From Candidatus Bathyarchaeota archaeon (GTDB taxonomy: Archaea; Thermoproteota; Bathyarchaeia; Bathyarchaeales; Bathycorpusculaceae), in assembly GCA_963770935.1 (NCBI GenBank), contig CAVYRJ010000016.1, positions 1 through 64,000 on the forward strand: a DNA stretch of 64,000 nucleotides. The letters run 5' to 3'. Both the position numbers and the translations under genes were made by a program. The notes beneath the pieces were generated by a model. It searched no databases. It was not told the DNA's origin and saw only the letters and a program-made list of their open reading frames with translations. This document shows positions 1 through 10,211 of this stretch, in pieces; the stretch's first letter is position 1, and each line of letters opens with the position of its first letter.

Positions 1-1
1 T

Positions 2-892
2 CCAGCGGCTCAAGAAACAGGGATTACGGGGCGCAGTGCTCTTCGGCTTTTACGGAGCTCAAACAACGACATAAGCAGCAATAAAATAGTTGGGAATGGA
101 GAAGGTGTAAATCTTCAAGATTCAAATGGCAATACGATAAGCACAAACACTTTCGAAAACACGTATGGTTCGACAATTCACTTGTTTATGAGCGAAAACA
201 ACAAAATCACAAAGAACACCCTTAAAGGCAGCAATGAGTGTGCAATTAAAATTTGGTCTTCAGACAAAAATACAGTCTCCTACAACCGGATATCAAACAA
301 CAATTTAGGCGTCCTACTTGACCATGCAGCAGAAAACACAATCATTCAAAACGACATAACTGACAACAGAGGTTTTGGTATTCAACTTAAGAGTCCGAGT
401 GCCCTTTTAGGCGGCAGTGAAAACAACATAATCCACCATAACAACTTTATCAACAATCAGGCGGACGGATTGGACGTATCAATCCCTGCTATCATGGGTG
501 AACACCAGCGCGGTGGCGATCCTTTTTCCATGGAGTGGGTACCTGGACTAGGCAACGTATGGGATGATGGAAAAGAAGGCAACTATTGGAGTGATTACTT
601 GACTCGTTATCCTGACGCTTCAGAAGTTTCCAACACTATAGTAGGCAATACTGCTTACATCATCAACGAGAACAACGCTGACCGACATCCACTCATGTCA
701 CCTATTGAGTTCTCAGTTGATCTGTCATCTCAGGAACCAACAACAACACCGTCATCTGAGATTTCAACGCAACAAGACCTATTAACATCATTACAAGTCA
801 CTGCTATCGTTTTCATCATCACTATTTTGACAGTTGTTGGTCTGCTGATTTACTTTAAGAAAAGAAAAATGCAAACTGCAATCAGCGGTTGA
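2..892 (+). CDS. NosD/CASH-type parallel beta-helix surface protein with C-terminal membrane anchor (5'-partial)
   Basis: Frame is open from base 2; repeated N-x-I-x-x-N-x-I units, NIIHHNNFINN and GNYWSDY motifs, Ser/Thr linker, TM helix and KKRK tail. Confidence 0.85.
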   Translation, partial: PAAQETGITGRSALRLLRSSNNDISSNKIVGNGEGVNLQDSNGNTISTNTFENTYGSTIHLFMSENNKITKNTLKGSNECAIKIWSSDKNTVSYNRISNNNLGVLLDHAAENTIIQNDITDNRGFGIQLKSPSALLGGSENNIIHHNNFINNQADGLDVSIPAIMGEHQRGGDPFSMEWVPGLGNVWDDGKEGNYWSDYLTRYPDASEVSNTIVGNTAYIINENNADRHPLMSPIEFSVDLSSQEPTTTPSSEISTQQDLLTSLQVTAIVFIITILTVVGLLIYFKKRKMQTAISG

Positions 893-992
893 TTTCTTAT
901 AACTAATGGATAAAAAGAGTCTCAGCTATTTTGCAGATAAGCAGAGCACTAAGGGTTTAAACAAATCAGAAATGCAATAGCTTTTTTAGTAT

Positions 993-2063
993 TTGTTTCT
1001 CCCTTATTTTGCGGTGTTTGAAACGGAAGAAGCTGATGTTTGGACTCCTATGGATGGAGACACATTTGTTACTAGAGACGGTTTTATTATGAACACGTTT
1101 GGGTACGAACATCCCGAAGAAAGAGTATTTGCTTTCCTAAAATACATCCCGGCTAAATACAAAGATCTCTTCAACGTGGAAATGCTTACTCGGACCTGGA
1201 AATTCGGAGAGAGCCCGCTGACCAGTAAACTATTCCGCGCGGAAAAACTCTATACCGCAAAAAACTATCAAACCTTCATCGAAGCCTTCCGCAAAACCTT
1301 CCCAAGCTACCTCTACTATGATCAAACACGCGGCAAAGAACTCATAACCGCGCCGCTGGAGAGAATTGAGCAGGTTTTCGTGCCCAAAGATCGTCTTGTC
1401 TGGCTTCAGAGCCTTAAGAACCCAGATAAACTCCAAACTATGTCACTTCAACTTATCGATTTAATTTCCAAAGAGTCAGGCGTTTCCTGCAGCGATTTGG
1501 GCATTCACGGCTCAATTGCGCTGGAAATGCATGCGCCAGAATCAGACATTGACTTTGTTGTATACGGGTCAAGTAACTTCCGCGTTGTAGAGGAAGCCAT
1601 TCAACGACTCGTAAACGAAGCCAAGCTCTCCTACATCGCGGGCAACCGTATAGAAGCCGCCCGAAGATTCGTTGGCAAATACCAGGGCAAAATCTGGATG
1701 TACAACGCAACAAAAAAGCCTGAAGAAATCAAAACCCAATTCGGCGACTACACCTATACACCCCTTGGGCAACTCCGTTTCACCGCGACAGTCTGTGACG
1801 ACACCGAAACCATGTATCGCCCAGCAATCTACAGAATAAGCAATTATCAACCCCAAGACGACCAATCAGAGCTTGAACTCGACAAAATCCCAGTCCAAGT
1901 TGTCTCAAACATAGGTTGCTACCGAAACGTCGCAAGAGTGGGGCAACAAATCAAAGTTGCAGGAACACTTGAAAAAGCCCAAAACACAAAGGACAGCAGC
2001 GTCTTCTACCAAGTTGTTGTGGGAACAGCCACTTCAGAAGAAGAGTTCATATGGCCACTGTAA
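993..2063 (+). CDS. Pol-beta-superfamily nucleotidyltransferase (COG1665-like), paralog 1; start uncertain
   Basis: [19 protein letters not shown] NTase motif; N-terminal FGYEHP; OB-like C-terminus IKVAGTLE. Confidence 0.8.
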   Translation: MFLPYFAVFETEEADVWTPMDGDTFVTRDGFIMNTFGYEHPEERVFAFLKYIPAKYKDLFNVEMLTRTWKFGESPLTSKLFRAEKLYTAKNYQTFIEAFRKTFPSYLYYDQTRGKELITAPLERIEQVFVPKDRLVWLQSLKNPDKLQTMSLQLIDLISKESGVSCSDLGIHGSIALEMHAPESDIDFVVYGSSNFRVVEEAIQRLVNEAKLSYIAGNRIEAARRFVGKYQGKIWMYNATKKPEEIKTQFGDYTYTPLGQLRFTATVCDDTETMYRPAIYRISNYQPQDDQSELELDKIPVQVVSNIGCYRNVARVGQQIKVAGTLEKAQNTKDSSVFYQVVVGTATSEEEFIWPL

Positions 2064-3130
2064 AGCTGCGTGACCGCGACGCAATCCAAACCGCGGAAGG
2101 GATAATTTTCCGCGTCTTCGGATACAGCCACCCAGAAAACGCTTACATCTGCGACGCTGAATACGCCAGCTCAAACATTTTCCAATCAAAAGACCCACGT
2201 GCTCCAAGAACAGGCAGAAGCGAACTCTTCTACAAATTCTACAACGACGAAGGCATGAAACTTATCGCAAAAAAATATCCACATTACCTTATCAACCACG
2301 AAATGCTGGGCTTAAAAATTGTTGGTGTCCCACAAAATCTCATCGTTGAAGCAAGACAGCCTCAACCTCGTCTTCAGGAACTTCTCCAGAAAGGACCAAC
2401 TGACTCTTTGCTGGCTGCGATGGAGCGAGTCCTTGGTGTGGCAACAGAAAAATCAGGTGTTAATGCTAAGAGTTTTGGTGTTTTCGGTTCGATGTTGCAT
2501 GGTTTTCATCACCCAAAATTCTCAGATATTGATTTCACTATTTACGGGATAGCTGAGAACGCTAAAATGAGGATAGCAATGGCACAGCTATATTCTGATG
2601 GTAGTTCAGGTTTTAGAAATGAATTTGAATCTCAAGAAGTGATGAAGGGTAAGGATTGGCGTTTCAAAAACTTCACTGTTCCAGACTTTGTTTGGCACCA
2701 GCGACGTAAGATGATTTACGGCTTGTACGATGACACTAAAGCTAGTGGAAGAGTAATTAAGGCTGAGTTTGAGCCTGTGAAGGTGTGGAGTGAAATTAAA
2801 TCCGAATACGACCCCCAATCTACCATTAGACAGAAAGGCTGGACAAAACTTAAAGCCAGAATCACCCAAGATGACCAAGCACCGTTCATTCCGTCAATCT
2901 ATGGTATTGAGCCCTTGGAAGTTCTCAGCGGATCCAAAGAGGCACATGAGGCAACGCGTGTTTTCAGTTACATGGAGGAGTTTCGTCAGCAGGCACAGAA
3001 AGATGAAACTGTCATCGTTGAAGGTAACCTTGAAGAAGTCGAATCGCCATCTGGAAGTTTCTGGCAGGTAACATTGACTTATTGCCCACGCTACTACGAA
3101 CAGGTACTCAAAGTCCAGCACTCTGTTTGA
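2051..3130 (+). CDS. Pol-beta-superfamily nucleotidyltransferase (COG1665-like), paralog 2
   Basis: [20 protein letters not shown]; FGYSHP; VIVEGNLE; overlaps paralog 1 by 13 nt. Confidence 0.8.
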   Translation: MATVKLRDRDAIQTAEGIIFRVFGYSHPENAYICDAEYASSNIFQSKDPRAPRTGRSELFYKFYNDEGMKLIAKKYPHYLINHEMLGLKIVGVPQNLIVEARQPQPRLQELLQKGPTDSLLAAMERVLGVATEKSGVNAKSFGVFGSMLHGFHHPKFSDIDFTIYGIAENAKMRIAMAQLYSDGSSGFRNEFESQEVMKGKDWRFKNFTVPDFVWHQRRKMIYGLYDDTKASGRVIKAEFEPVKVWSEIKSEYDPQSTIRQKGWTKLKARITQDDQAPFIPSIYGIEPLEVLSGSKEAHEATRVFSYMEEFRQQAQKDETVIVEGNLEEVESPSGSFWQVTLTYCPRYYEQVLKVQHSV

Positions 3131-3354
3131 TTGTTGCAACAATTGCGCAGGGAGTGAGCTGTAGCAGCATCAGTAGCAACAACTTCTTTTCTTCGCAGGT
3201 AAAGCCTAAGTGAAATTACACACGTTATGGGTAAAAGTCGTGTCTCAGTTAAGAATAAACTATACCATTGGGTTTAACTCTGAAAGATAATGCCCACTTG
3301 CAGCTTCCAGACACTGTATCATCATTATCATCATTATCTTCTAAGGTCAATTTA

Positions 3355-3567
3355 CTAATCCAGCTCCCTCTGTCGATCCTGATAGCCTGGTGTCATTGTT
3401 TGAGTTGCTTTCTTGACTTCTTCAGGGTTGTTTAAGTCTGCCCTTTTCGCCAAGCTGTTTAGTTCTTTTCTTGTGGAATTGTATACGCTTTTGCTTATTC
3501 CGTCTGTTTCAGGTTTGACTAAAACATTAAGGACAAAACGATTGTTAAAATTGCCTGGATTGATGGC
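3355..3567 (-). pseudogene. Possible N-terminal remnant of a tyrosine integrase
   Basis: Start-less open frame reading LNVLVKPETDGISKSVYNSTRKELNSLAKRADLNNPEEVKKA, recalled as resembling the N-terminal region of bathyarchaeal integrases; no catalytic domain. Confidence 0.35.
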
Positions 3568-4608
3568 TTAGTATTTGATAACCATGTAGTCGGTTGGTCT
3601 ACCTCCGATAATGAGGCGGTAGTGTGTTGCGCCTGTTTTGTTGTCTGTGACAAGCTCGACTTTTCCTTGGGCTTCAACTGTGGGGGATTCTCTGAGAGTT
3701 GTGGGGAGTTCTTCACAGAATCTGCCGCGGAAAGAAACGATTTCTTCGATGGGTGCAAGTTTGGGTCCTTCAACAACTGCAATATCCTTGAGTTGGTAGG
3801 TGCAGGGCGTAAATACTGAATCGGAACTGTCAGCTATGTTGGCGGTTATTTTTGCGTAGCCACTGTTGCTGTAGCACACATCGCCATATTGCTCGGTTGT
3901 TTCGCTCCATTCTTTCACAAAGCGGATAAAATAGTCAGTTCCCATAAACATACCTTGGAAGGCTTTGCGGCTTTCGACTAACAAGAAATCTTCGAAACTC
4001 ATCTGGGTATCCTTCGAACGGAAGTCGAAGAGGGTCTTGAGTTCCCCTCGAGTGTAGGGTTTGAAGCCGGAATCCTCAGTTTTGAGCAGTTCCTTTAATG
4101 CGGCATATGCTTTGCGGCTGTTCTCCACGCCGTAAACTAGCGGGTCGATGTCTGATTTTTCGTTTGTTAACCCAGCCATTATCGAGCCTGAGATGCCGAT
4201 GGCGCTCCAAGGGATGCCTGCTTTTTCTTTCAGCGTGGTTGCCAGCTTGTAAGGCCTTATTCTTCCAGATGTGCTGATGTTTTTGGATGTGCGTAATACT
4301 ACAAGTTTTTCTGTCGGTTGATATTGCTCCGCGATTTGTTCTATTGGAACTTCGCACAAAGTCTCCCCGAAAACAGGGTCAAAAACGATGAGGTCAGGAT
4401 GGTTCTCCTGCAGGTACCTAAAGCGGTCGCCTAGACTGTAGACTTTGCCGTAAATCGCGTCTTTGCCTTGCCTTGTGCCCTGTGGCGAGGGAATAAAACG
4501 TGGAAACGCAATGATTTTGTTAGGTGGGTGGACTAAGCCTTTAACGTCGAAAACCACGTTACTTTTAGTTTTGATTAAGTCGCCTTCGCGCGCTTTCATG
4601 CCGATCAA
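3568..4608 (-). CDS. Pol-beta-superfamily nucleotidyltransferase (COG1665-like), paralog 3
   Basis: GISGSIMAGLTNEKSDIDP; KGLVHP; VEAQGKVE. Confidence 0.82.
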   Translation of the reverse strand: MIGMKAREGDLIKTKSNVVFDVKGLVHPPNKIIAFPRFIPSPQGTRQGKDAIYGKVYSLGDRFRYLQENHPDLIVFDPVFGETLCEVPIEQIAEQYQPTEKLVVLRTSKNISTSGRIRPYKLATTLKEKAGIPWSAIGISGSIMAGLTNEKSDIDPLVYGVENSRKAYAALKELLKTEDSGFKPYTRGELKTLFDFRSKDTQMSFEDFLLVESRKAFQGMFMGTDYFIRFVKEWSETTEQYGDVCYSNSGYAKITANIADSSDSVFTPCTYQLKDIAVVEGPKLAPIEEIVSFRGRFCEELPTTLRESPTVEAQGKVELVTDNKTGATHYRLIIGGRPTDYMVIKY

Positions 4609-4672
4609 TGCCTTGTAGTTTTCAAAACTTTAATAAAGGTTTTTTAAACCACATAACCTCAGAGCATCCCAA

Positions 4673-5620
4673 ATGAGCAACTGCGAAAAAGCCCAGCACA
4701 TATCCAAATGCCTGCAATTGGCGATTATGCTTGAAGTCAGCGTCCAAAAACCAGGCAACGTCAGCTTCACCTCCAGTTTTGAAAAAACAAGGGTGGAGCA
4801 TTTTTTGGCTTCAGCTGTCGCTGCAGGATCAACCTTTCAGGAGGCTGCTTACCTTGGAACGTCGGTGGCTAACAAGAGGCTTGAGGTTGGCAAGGTTGGA
4901 TTAGGGCAGCTCATAAAAGATTGTGCTGTAGACGTTAGCAGTTGGCAGAGGGGTGGAAACACCATTCTTGGCACGGTTATGTTGTTTGTTCCTATAGCTG
5001 TTGCTGCAGGAATGACACCGACAAAAGAAGATTACGTTTTAGATTTTTCTCTTCTACGCAAAAATATCGATTCAGCCGTTAAATCCACAACGGCGTGGGA
5101 TTCGGTCCACCTCTACGAAGCAGTTGGTATCGCAAATCCCAGCGGACTTAATGATGCACCTGACCTTGACGTCACTAACCCAGCTTCCAAAGAGCGCCTT
5201 TTAAAAGAGAATGTGGGTTTATTTGAGGTTTTCAAAATCGCCTCAGCATACGACGACATATGCTACGAATGGGTTAACAATTACCCTGTAACCTTCGATT
5301 TAGCTTATCCTTACTTGATTAAGCAACTTGAAAGCAAACCCCTCAACATTGCTGTCGTTAATGCTTTTCTGAAAATTCTCTCTGAACGACCAGACACCTT
5401 CATCGCTAGAAAAGTCGGAAAAGAAAAAGCGCTTGAAGTATCGTCGGATGCTAAGGAGGTGTTGGAACTAGGCGGCTTAGAAACCGTTAAAGGAAAAAAG
5501 AGCCTTGCAGAATTCGACAAAAAACTCCGCTCAAAAGGCAACTCCTGCAATCCCGGCACGACAGCTGATTTAACTGCAGCTGCATTGGCACTCTGCATAC
5601 TCAATGGATACAGACCTTAA
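4673..5620 (+). CDS. citG: Triphosphoribosyl-dephospho-CoA synthase family protein (CitG/MdcB-like)
   Basis: LEVSVQKPGNV, GGNTILG and NPGTTADL family motifs. Confidence 0.88.
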   Translation: MSNCEKAQHISKCLQLAIMLEVSVQKPGNVSFTSSFEKTRVEHFLASAVAAGSTFQEAAYLGTSVANKRLEVGKVGLGQLIKDCAVDVSSWQRGGNTILGTVMLFVPIAVAAGMTPTKEDYVLDFSLLRKNIDSAVKSTTAWDSVHLYEAVGIANPSGLNDAPDLDVTNPASKERLLKENVGLFEVFKIASAYDDICYEWVNNYPVTFDLAYPYLIKQLESKPLNIAVVNAFLKILSERPDTFIARKVGKEKALEVSSDAKEVLELGGLETVKGKKSLAEFDKKLRSKGNSCNPGTTADLTAAALALCILNGYRP

Positions 5621-5707
5621 AGATCTTGGGACTCAAAGTGGTTTTGGCTACTTTATCAATTTGACAGGAAAACAAAAAATAGAGAACTTGCCTAAAACAG
5701 CCAGCAA

Positions 5708-5812
5708 CTACTTTGATTTGCCCGCTTTTTTAGCGCAAGCATCACTGCAATACTTTGATTTGGCATTAAATGTGGTGTAAGGTTTCTTGCAGACTGGACA
5801 TTTCTTTTCCAT
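5708..5812 (-). CDS. 34-aa zinc-ribbon microprotein (DUF2116/TRASH-like)
   Basis: Manual translation MEKKCPVCKKPYTTFNAKSKYCSDACAKKAGKSK; CPVC...YCSxxC; TATA-like TTTTAAG upstream. Confidence 0.7.
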   Translation of the reverse strand: MEKKCPVCKKPYTTFNAKSKYCSDACAKKAGKSK

Positions 5813-6016
5813 ACATAACCCTGCCCTCTAATACAAGTCATAAGCTTAAAACTTTTCTGGGAAATTAAGTCTCCACCGACTAAGAATCCTTAGGCTCGAA
5901 CAACAAAGTTACACCTGAAGGCACCTGATATTTTGCGAAAAAAGTACTGGCAGAATCAATTTCGGATTTGATGAATAAAACGTTAAAAAAAATGAAAAAA
6001 GGAAGGTTTTTGGTTG

Positions 6017-8602
6017 TTATTGTCTTTTTCTAAGCAGCAAGATTACCATTATGCCGATTGCTAAGTTTGCTAGAATTATTCCAATTACTGCGGGGACAAA
6101 GTATAGGTCAGCTATTGATTCTGTGGCGACGGGTATAGGTTCAGTTGTTGGCTGGGACACTGCTACAACGCCAAGAGCGGTTTGTGCTTGTGATGCGTAG
6201 TACGAATTGGAGCCTTCAAAGCGTGCGACGACTGTGTATTCACCGGGTACTTCAGGTGTGAACATAAGTTTGTACATGCCGTTTGAGTCGCTTGTTGTTC
6301 TGCCGACTTCATAGAAGTTGTTGTTTGGGTCAATTACGCTAACGACCACGTCAACACCTTTTACATCGGTTGGTTTTTGCTGTTGCATGTAAACGTACTC
6401 CATCCATGCCTGCATATTATCGTCAGATACCGCTGGTACGCCATCTGGAAAACGGGCTGCTTGCTCTTCTTGTTCACTGCCGGCTGCTGTATCAGTAACT
6501 GTACCTTTAATCAGTACAGGTGTATTTAGTGGTTGGACTGTGTCGGGTGCTGAGATTGTTGTGGCGCTTGGTCCTTTGCCGTAGCAGTATAGTTTGTTGT
6601 CATAGAAGTTGAGGCTTACTAAAAAGCCGTCTGCGATGTATAGTCCTGACCCTGCTACTCCTGGTGTGCCATCGCTCCAATGCAGTACTTTCCATATTTC
6701 TGTTCCATTGTCTGCGTATATGCAGCGTATGTATGAACCGCGGAATAGCGGCGATGTAACTGAGTGTTCGCTTGTAGTCAAATAGAGCTTTTCATCAGCA
6801 ATACAGGCAATGCCGACTGGGTAATTGCCGTAGGGAGATTCAACCCCAACGTTTTCAGCGGTGTATGTCCACAATTTTTCGCCTGTCTTAATATCATATG
6901 CTACTACCTCGCCTCCATAGCCATAGCTGAAGAATTTGCCATCATACATCTTGGTATTTACTGCAGTGCTCAAACCGTAGAATGACATTTGATTTTCAGG
7001 TTCAGTTTCCCACAATTGTTGTCCAGTTTCTATGTTGTAGCCCCAATATTTCCTTGTTAATTGCTCTCTAAAGATAAAGACGCCATCTTCAGGACTCATA
7101 GACTCGTATCGCATTCCTCGATAGCTGTTGACATTAACGCCTGGTACAGCGGCTGCTTTTGGCGGAGTATAGGAATAATTCCATAGCAATCTACCTTCTT
7201 CACCACGCTTCAGACTAAGAGCCCACATGTTGTTTTGTACTGTTCCTCTATCGTCGTTGTAGCCATTAGTTGTTCCACCAATGACATATTCATCTTCGCG
7301 AACTGCAATGATGCTGCCCTGGACTGCCGGTGATATGGTTACGTTTAGTGACCATGCTTTGTTTCCGTCATGAACTGCTACTAGTTGGGGACGCCATTGC
7401 CAACTGTCGGTTCCGGTTGCACCTAAAAGCATGGATGTCATTGCGGATGCGTTCCACACTCGCAAATATTGCACCCCGCCTGCTGTAGCTAAGTTGTAGC
7501 GCAGTATACTTCCGTCTTTGCCGTAGACAGCTGTACCGCCACTAGAAACATTGGCAATTCTAGTTATGGATGCCCCTGTGTGTGCGTCAACGATTTCCCA
7601 GACCGTACCGTTGCCGCTGCCAAGAGTGACTCCTGATGTTCGCCATAGATATGGGAAGCCTCCATGTTGGTTTGGAGATTCATAGTTGTAGATAGAACCA
7701 AATGACAATGTTACGTTTCCGTTTTCAGCTATAGTTTCGCCCGTGTACAGGTCAAGGCAAGTATATCCTTGTCTTGTATGAGCATCAGTTTGTGTCGTGT
7801 AGTAAAATTTGCCATTGATAATTATTGGAGATGAGAGTACTAGTCCGCCATAGTGTGCTGTTTGATAGCCTAAACTTCCATATCGAACATCCATCGTGCC
7901 TCCAGCCCAATATGGCTTTGACCACATTATGTGAGCTGTTACTGGACCTGGACCATAAGCGAATTTCTCAGCAGGACCTCCTGTTTGAGCCGCACCGCCC
8001 AGCCAGTTTCCTGTAAGCACATACCAATCTCTGTTTGCCATGTTAATTGGTCGAATCCAATATTCAGAGGGAAGCGGAGTTTCAGGCCATAGTTCTATTG
8101 GTAGTTCTTGAACTGTGAATTTCACTGGACCACTCGTGCTTGCTAAATAAGTATCGTTTACGTATGCTGCACCGTTAATTGTACTAATTGTTTTGCCAGG
8201 GGATATTGGGAGACCCGTAATTTTATGCTCAATAAATCTTGAAACGACAGTATAATTGCCTGTTTCTGTTGGTGTAAACGTTGTGAATCCTCCGCCTACG
8301 TTATCGGATATGACAGGACCCAGAGTTTGGTTGGTTCCATCAGGCTTCATAATGTCTACGTAGAATGTCCATCTGTCACCAAAGGCTGCTTCTGCAGTCG
8401 GTGGGTAATCTTGTAGCCAGAATGCAATGAGTTGTTCTTGACCAACACCTAAAACGCTATTTCGAACGTTAACAAAACACCAGGTATTAATGTTCCAAGC
8501 AGGACTATGTGCATCAGTGAACGGTATTAGTATAATCGAAGCAAATATCGTTAGAGCCAGAAAAGCAATTGTAATAGGTTTTTTGTTTTTTACAAATTTC
8601 AT
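6017..8602 (-). CDS. Secreted PQQ-binding-like beta-propeller protein with C-terminal TM anchor
   Basis: Signal peptide, repeated D/NxxTGxxxW propeller motifs, EHS motif, Ig-like C-terminal domain, TM helix plus RKR; paralog of 56979..59519. Confidence 0.88.
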   Translation of the reverse strand: MKFVKNKKPITIAFLALTIFASIILIPFTDAHSPAWNINTWCFVNVRNSVLGVGQEQLIAFWLQDYPPTAEAAFGDRWTFYVDIMKPDGTNQTLGPVISDNVGGGFTTFTPTETGNYTVVSRFIEHKITGLPISPGKTISTINGAAYVNDTYLASTSGPVKFTVQELPIELWPETPLPSEYWIRPINMANRDWYVLTGNWLGGAAQTGGPAEKFAYGPGPVTAHIMWSKPYWAGGTMDVRYGSLGYQTAHYGGLVLSSPIIINGKFYYTTQTDAHTRQGYTCLDLYTGETIAENGNVTLSFGSIYNYESPNQHGGFPYLWRTSGVTLGSGNGTVWEIVDAHTGASITRIANVSSGGTAVYGKDGSILRYNLATAGGVQYLRVWNASAMTSMLLGATGTDSWQWRPQLVAVHDGNKAWSLNVTISPAVQGSIIAVREDEYVIGGTTNGYNDDRGTVQNNMWALSLKRGEEGRLLWNYSYTPPKAAAVPGVNVNSYRGMRYESMSPEDGVFIFREQLTRKYWGYNIETGQQLWETEPENQMSFYGLSTAVNTKMYDGKFFSYGYGGEVVAYDIKTGEKLWTYTAENVGVESPYGNYPVGIACIADEKLYLTTSEHSVTSPLFRGSYIRCIYADNGTEIWKVLHWSDGTPGVAGSGLYIADGFLVSLNFYDNKLYCYGKGPSATTISAPDTVQPLNTPVLIKGTVTDTAAGSEQEEQAARFPDGVPAVSDDNMQAWMEYVYMQQQKPTDVKGVDVVVSVIDPNNNFYEVGRTTSDSNGMYKLMFTPEVPGEYTVVARFEGSNSYYASQAQTALGVVAVSQPTTEPIPVATESIADLYFVPAVIGIILANLAIGIMVILLLRKRQ

Positions 8603-8786
8603 TGTTTTTTCCTCTTAATTTTATGGAACCAAGTTGTGTAGTTAGTTCTAATAAGACTCGCTCACGTATCGTGAGTACACTAAAGTGGTAATTATTCTCT
8701 TCTGATTAGAAGTAATTGTACTTTTTTGGTATTTGCCAAGAAAAAGAGAAAGTAAAATAAAGATAAGAAGTAAACAGATTAGCGCT

Positions 8787-8973
8787 ATGTACGAACTAGC
8801 GAGAATCACAGAAGTTGTTTCGGCAATTGTTTGCTTCATTCTTGTTAGGTCATGATAAAACCATATCGACTCACTGGAGAGAGCCGCTATCTTGGTTTGC
8901 CTCTTGGATTTGCTTTTCTTGGGGATATCCTACGGCATTGCTACATCGCCTACGAAGTAAACAAAGCCCTAAG
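8787..8973 (+). pseudogene. Truncated and frameshifted membrane protein fragment
   Basis: MYELARITEVVSAIVCFILVR then, after a shift, MIKPYRLTGESRYLGLPLGFAFLG; decays afterwards. Confidence 0.4.
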
Positions 8974-9105
8974 TAACACTATTTAAAAGGATTTAAAACA
9001 AAATAACGATGCAGACAAGCTATCAAAAAAGAATGCTTGTTACTTCGTGTTGTTTAAATATTAGTATTATGACTATGCATGTGCAAAAAGAAGGAATAAC
9101 TTAGA

Positions 9106-9546
9106 ATGGGTTCCAAGTCTCCAAGAGGCGAATTTGCCGCAAGGCAGTTAGCAAAGAAACGGAAGAATTTCCGTTGGTCAGATCGTTACTTTAACCGACG
9201 TATGCTCATGTTAGATGAGAAAGTTGACCCTATGCAGGGTGCACCCCAAAGCCGGGGCATCGTGCTGGAAAAAGTAGGTGTCGAATCAAAGCAGCCTAAC
9301 AGCGCCATCCGCAAATGCGTCCGCACACAACTTATCAAAAACGGCAGAACCATCACAGCGTTCTTGCCAGGTGACGGCGCCCTAAACGTAGTCGACGAAC
9401 ACGACGAAGTTGTCGTGGAGGGTATCGGCGGAACAAGAGGCGGCGCTATGGGTGACATTCCAGGAGTCAGATGGAAAGTGGTTATGGTTAACGGCGTAAG
9501 CCTAAACGAACTCGTCTACGGACGAAAACAAAAACCAGCAAGGTAA
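9106..9546 (+). CDS. rps12: 30S ribosomal protein uS12
   Basis: [10 protein letters not shown] and [10 protein letters not shown]. Confidence 0.98.
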   Translation: MGSKSPRGEFAARQLAKKRKNFRWSDRYFNRRMLMLDEKVDPMQGAPQSRGIVLEKVGVESKQPNSAIRKCVRTQLIKNGRTITAFLPGDGALNVVDEHDEVVVEGIGGTRGGAMGDIPGVRWKVVMVNGVSLNELVYGRKQKPAR

Positions 9547-9551
9547 AAGTT

Positions 9552-10145
9552 ATGTCACAAACATCGACAGTTTCTCAGCCCCAGGAAATTAAACTATTTC
9601 AGAAATGGAGCTTCAAAGACATCACAGTCAAAGACATTGGACTTCAACGTTACCTCAACTTGACCCCGATGGTTGCCCCACACAGCATGGGACGCCACGA
9701 GCACCAACGCTTCCGCAAAGCCAAAGTCAACATCGTCGAACGCCTAATCAACGGCCTTATGCGTAGTGGCAAAAACGCAGGCAAAAAAGCCAAAGCAACA
9801 AACTTCGTTAAAGAAACCTTCGAAATCATTAACTTACGCACTGGCAAAAACCCAATCGAAGTGCTCGTGCAAGCAGTCGAAAACAGCAGCCCATGCGAAG
9901 ACACAACCCGTGTCAGTTACGGTGGAGTTGTCTACCACTTGTCTGTGGATGTTGCTCCGCAGCGCAGAATCGATCTTGCCATACGCCACATCACCGAAGG
10001 CGCACGTGCCTCAAGCAAGAACAACCCACGCAGCATTCAAGAAACTCTCGCCGACGAACTCGTACTTGCAGCCAACAAAGACATAAAGAGCGTCGCCATC
10101 GCCAAACGCAATGAAATCGAACGTGTTGCACAATCCAGCAGATAA
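9552..10145 (+). CDS. rps7: 30S ribosomal protein uS7
   Basis: IVERLIN, VDVAPQRR, EIERVAQSSR; directly follows rps12. Confidence 0.98.
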   Translation: MSQTSTVSQPQEIKLFQKWSFKDITVKDIGLQRYLNLTPMVAPHSMGRHEHQRFRKAKVNIVERLINGLMRSGKNAGKKAKATNFVKETFEIINLRTGKNPIEVLVQAVENSSPCEDTTRVSYGGVVYHLSVDVAPQRRIDLAIRHITEGARASSKNNPRSIQETLADELVLAANKDIKSVAIAKRNEIERVAQSSR

Positions 10146-10149
10146 ACTG

Positions 10150-10211
10150 CCCCACAATTCTTTCCACTTTAAATTTATTAGTTTTTTTAAATTTTAATTT
10201 AATTTTCGTTT
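10150..10211. terminator. T-rich terminator region between convergent rps7 and DRG genes
   Basis: Several oligo-T runs directly after the rps7 stop. Confidence 0.5.

Noticed and set aside
3318-3338. ATCATCATT tandem microrepeat giving two ATGATGA boxes on the minus strand
   Set aside because: Only about two units, with no correctly spaced D'/D boxes; neither a C/D sRNA nor a meaningful array
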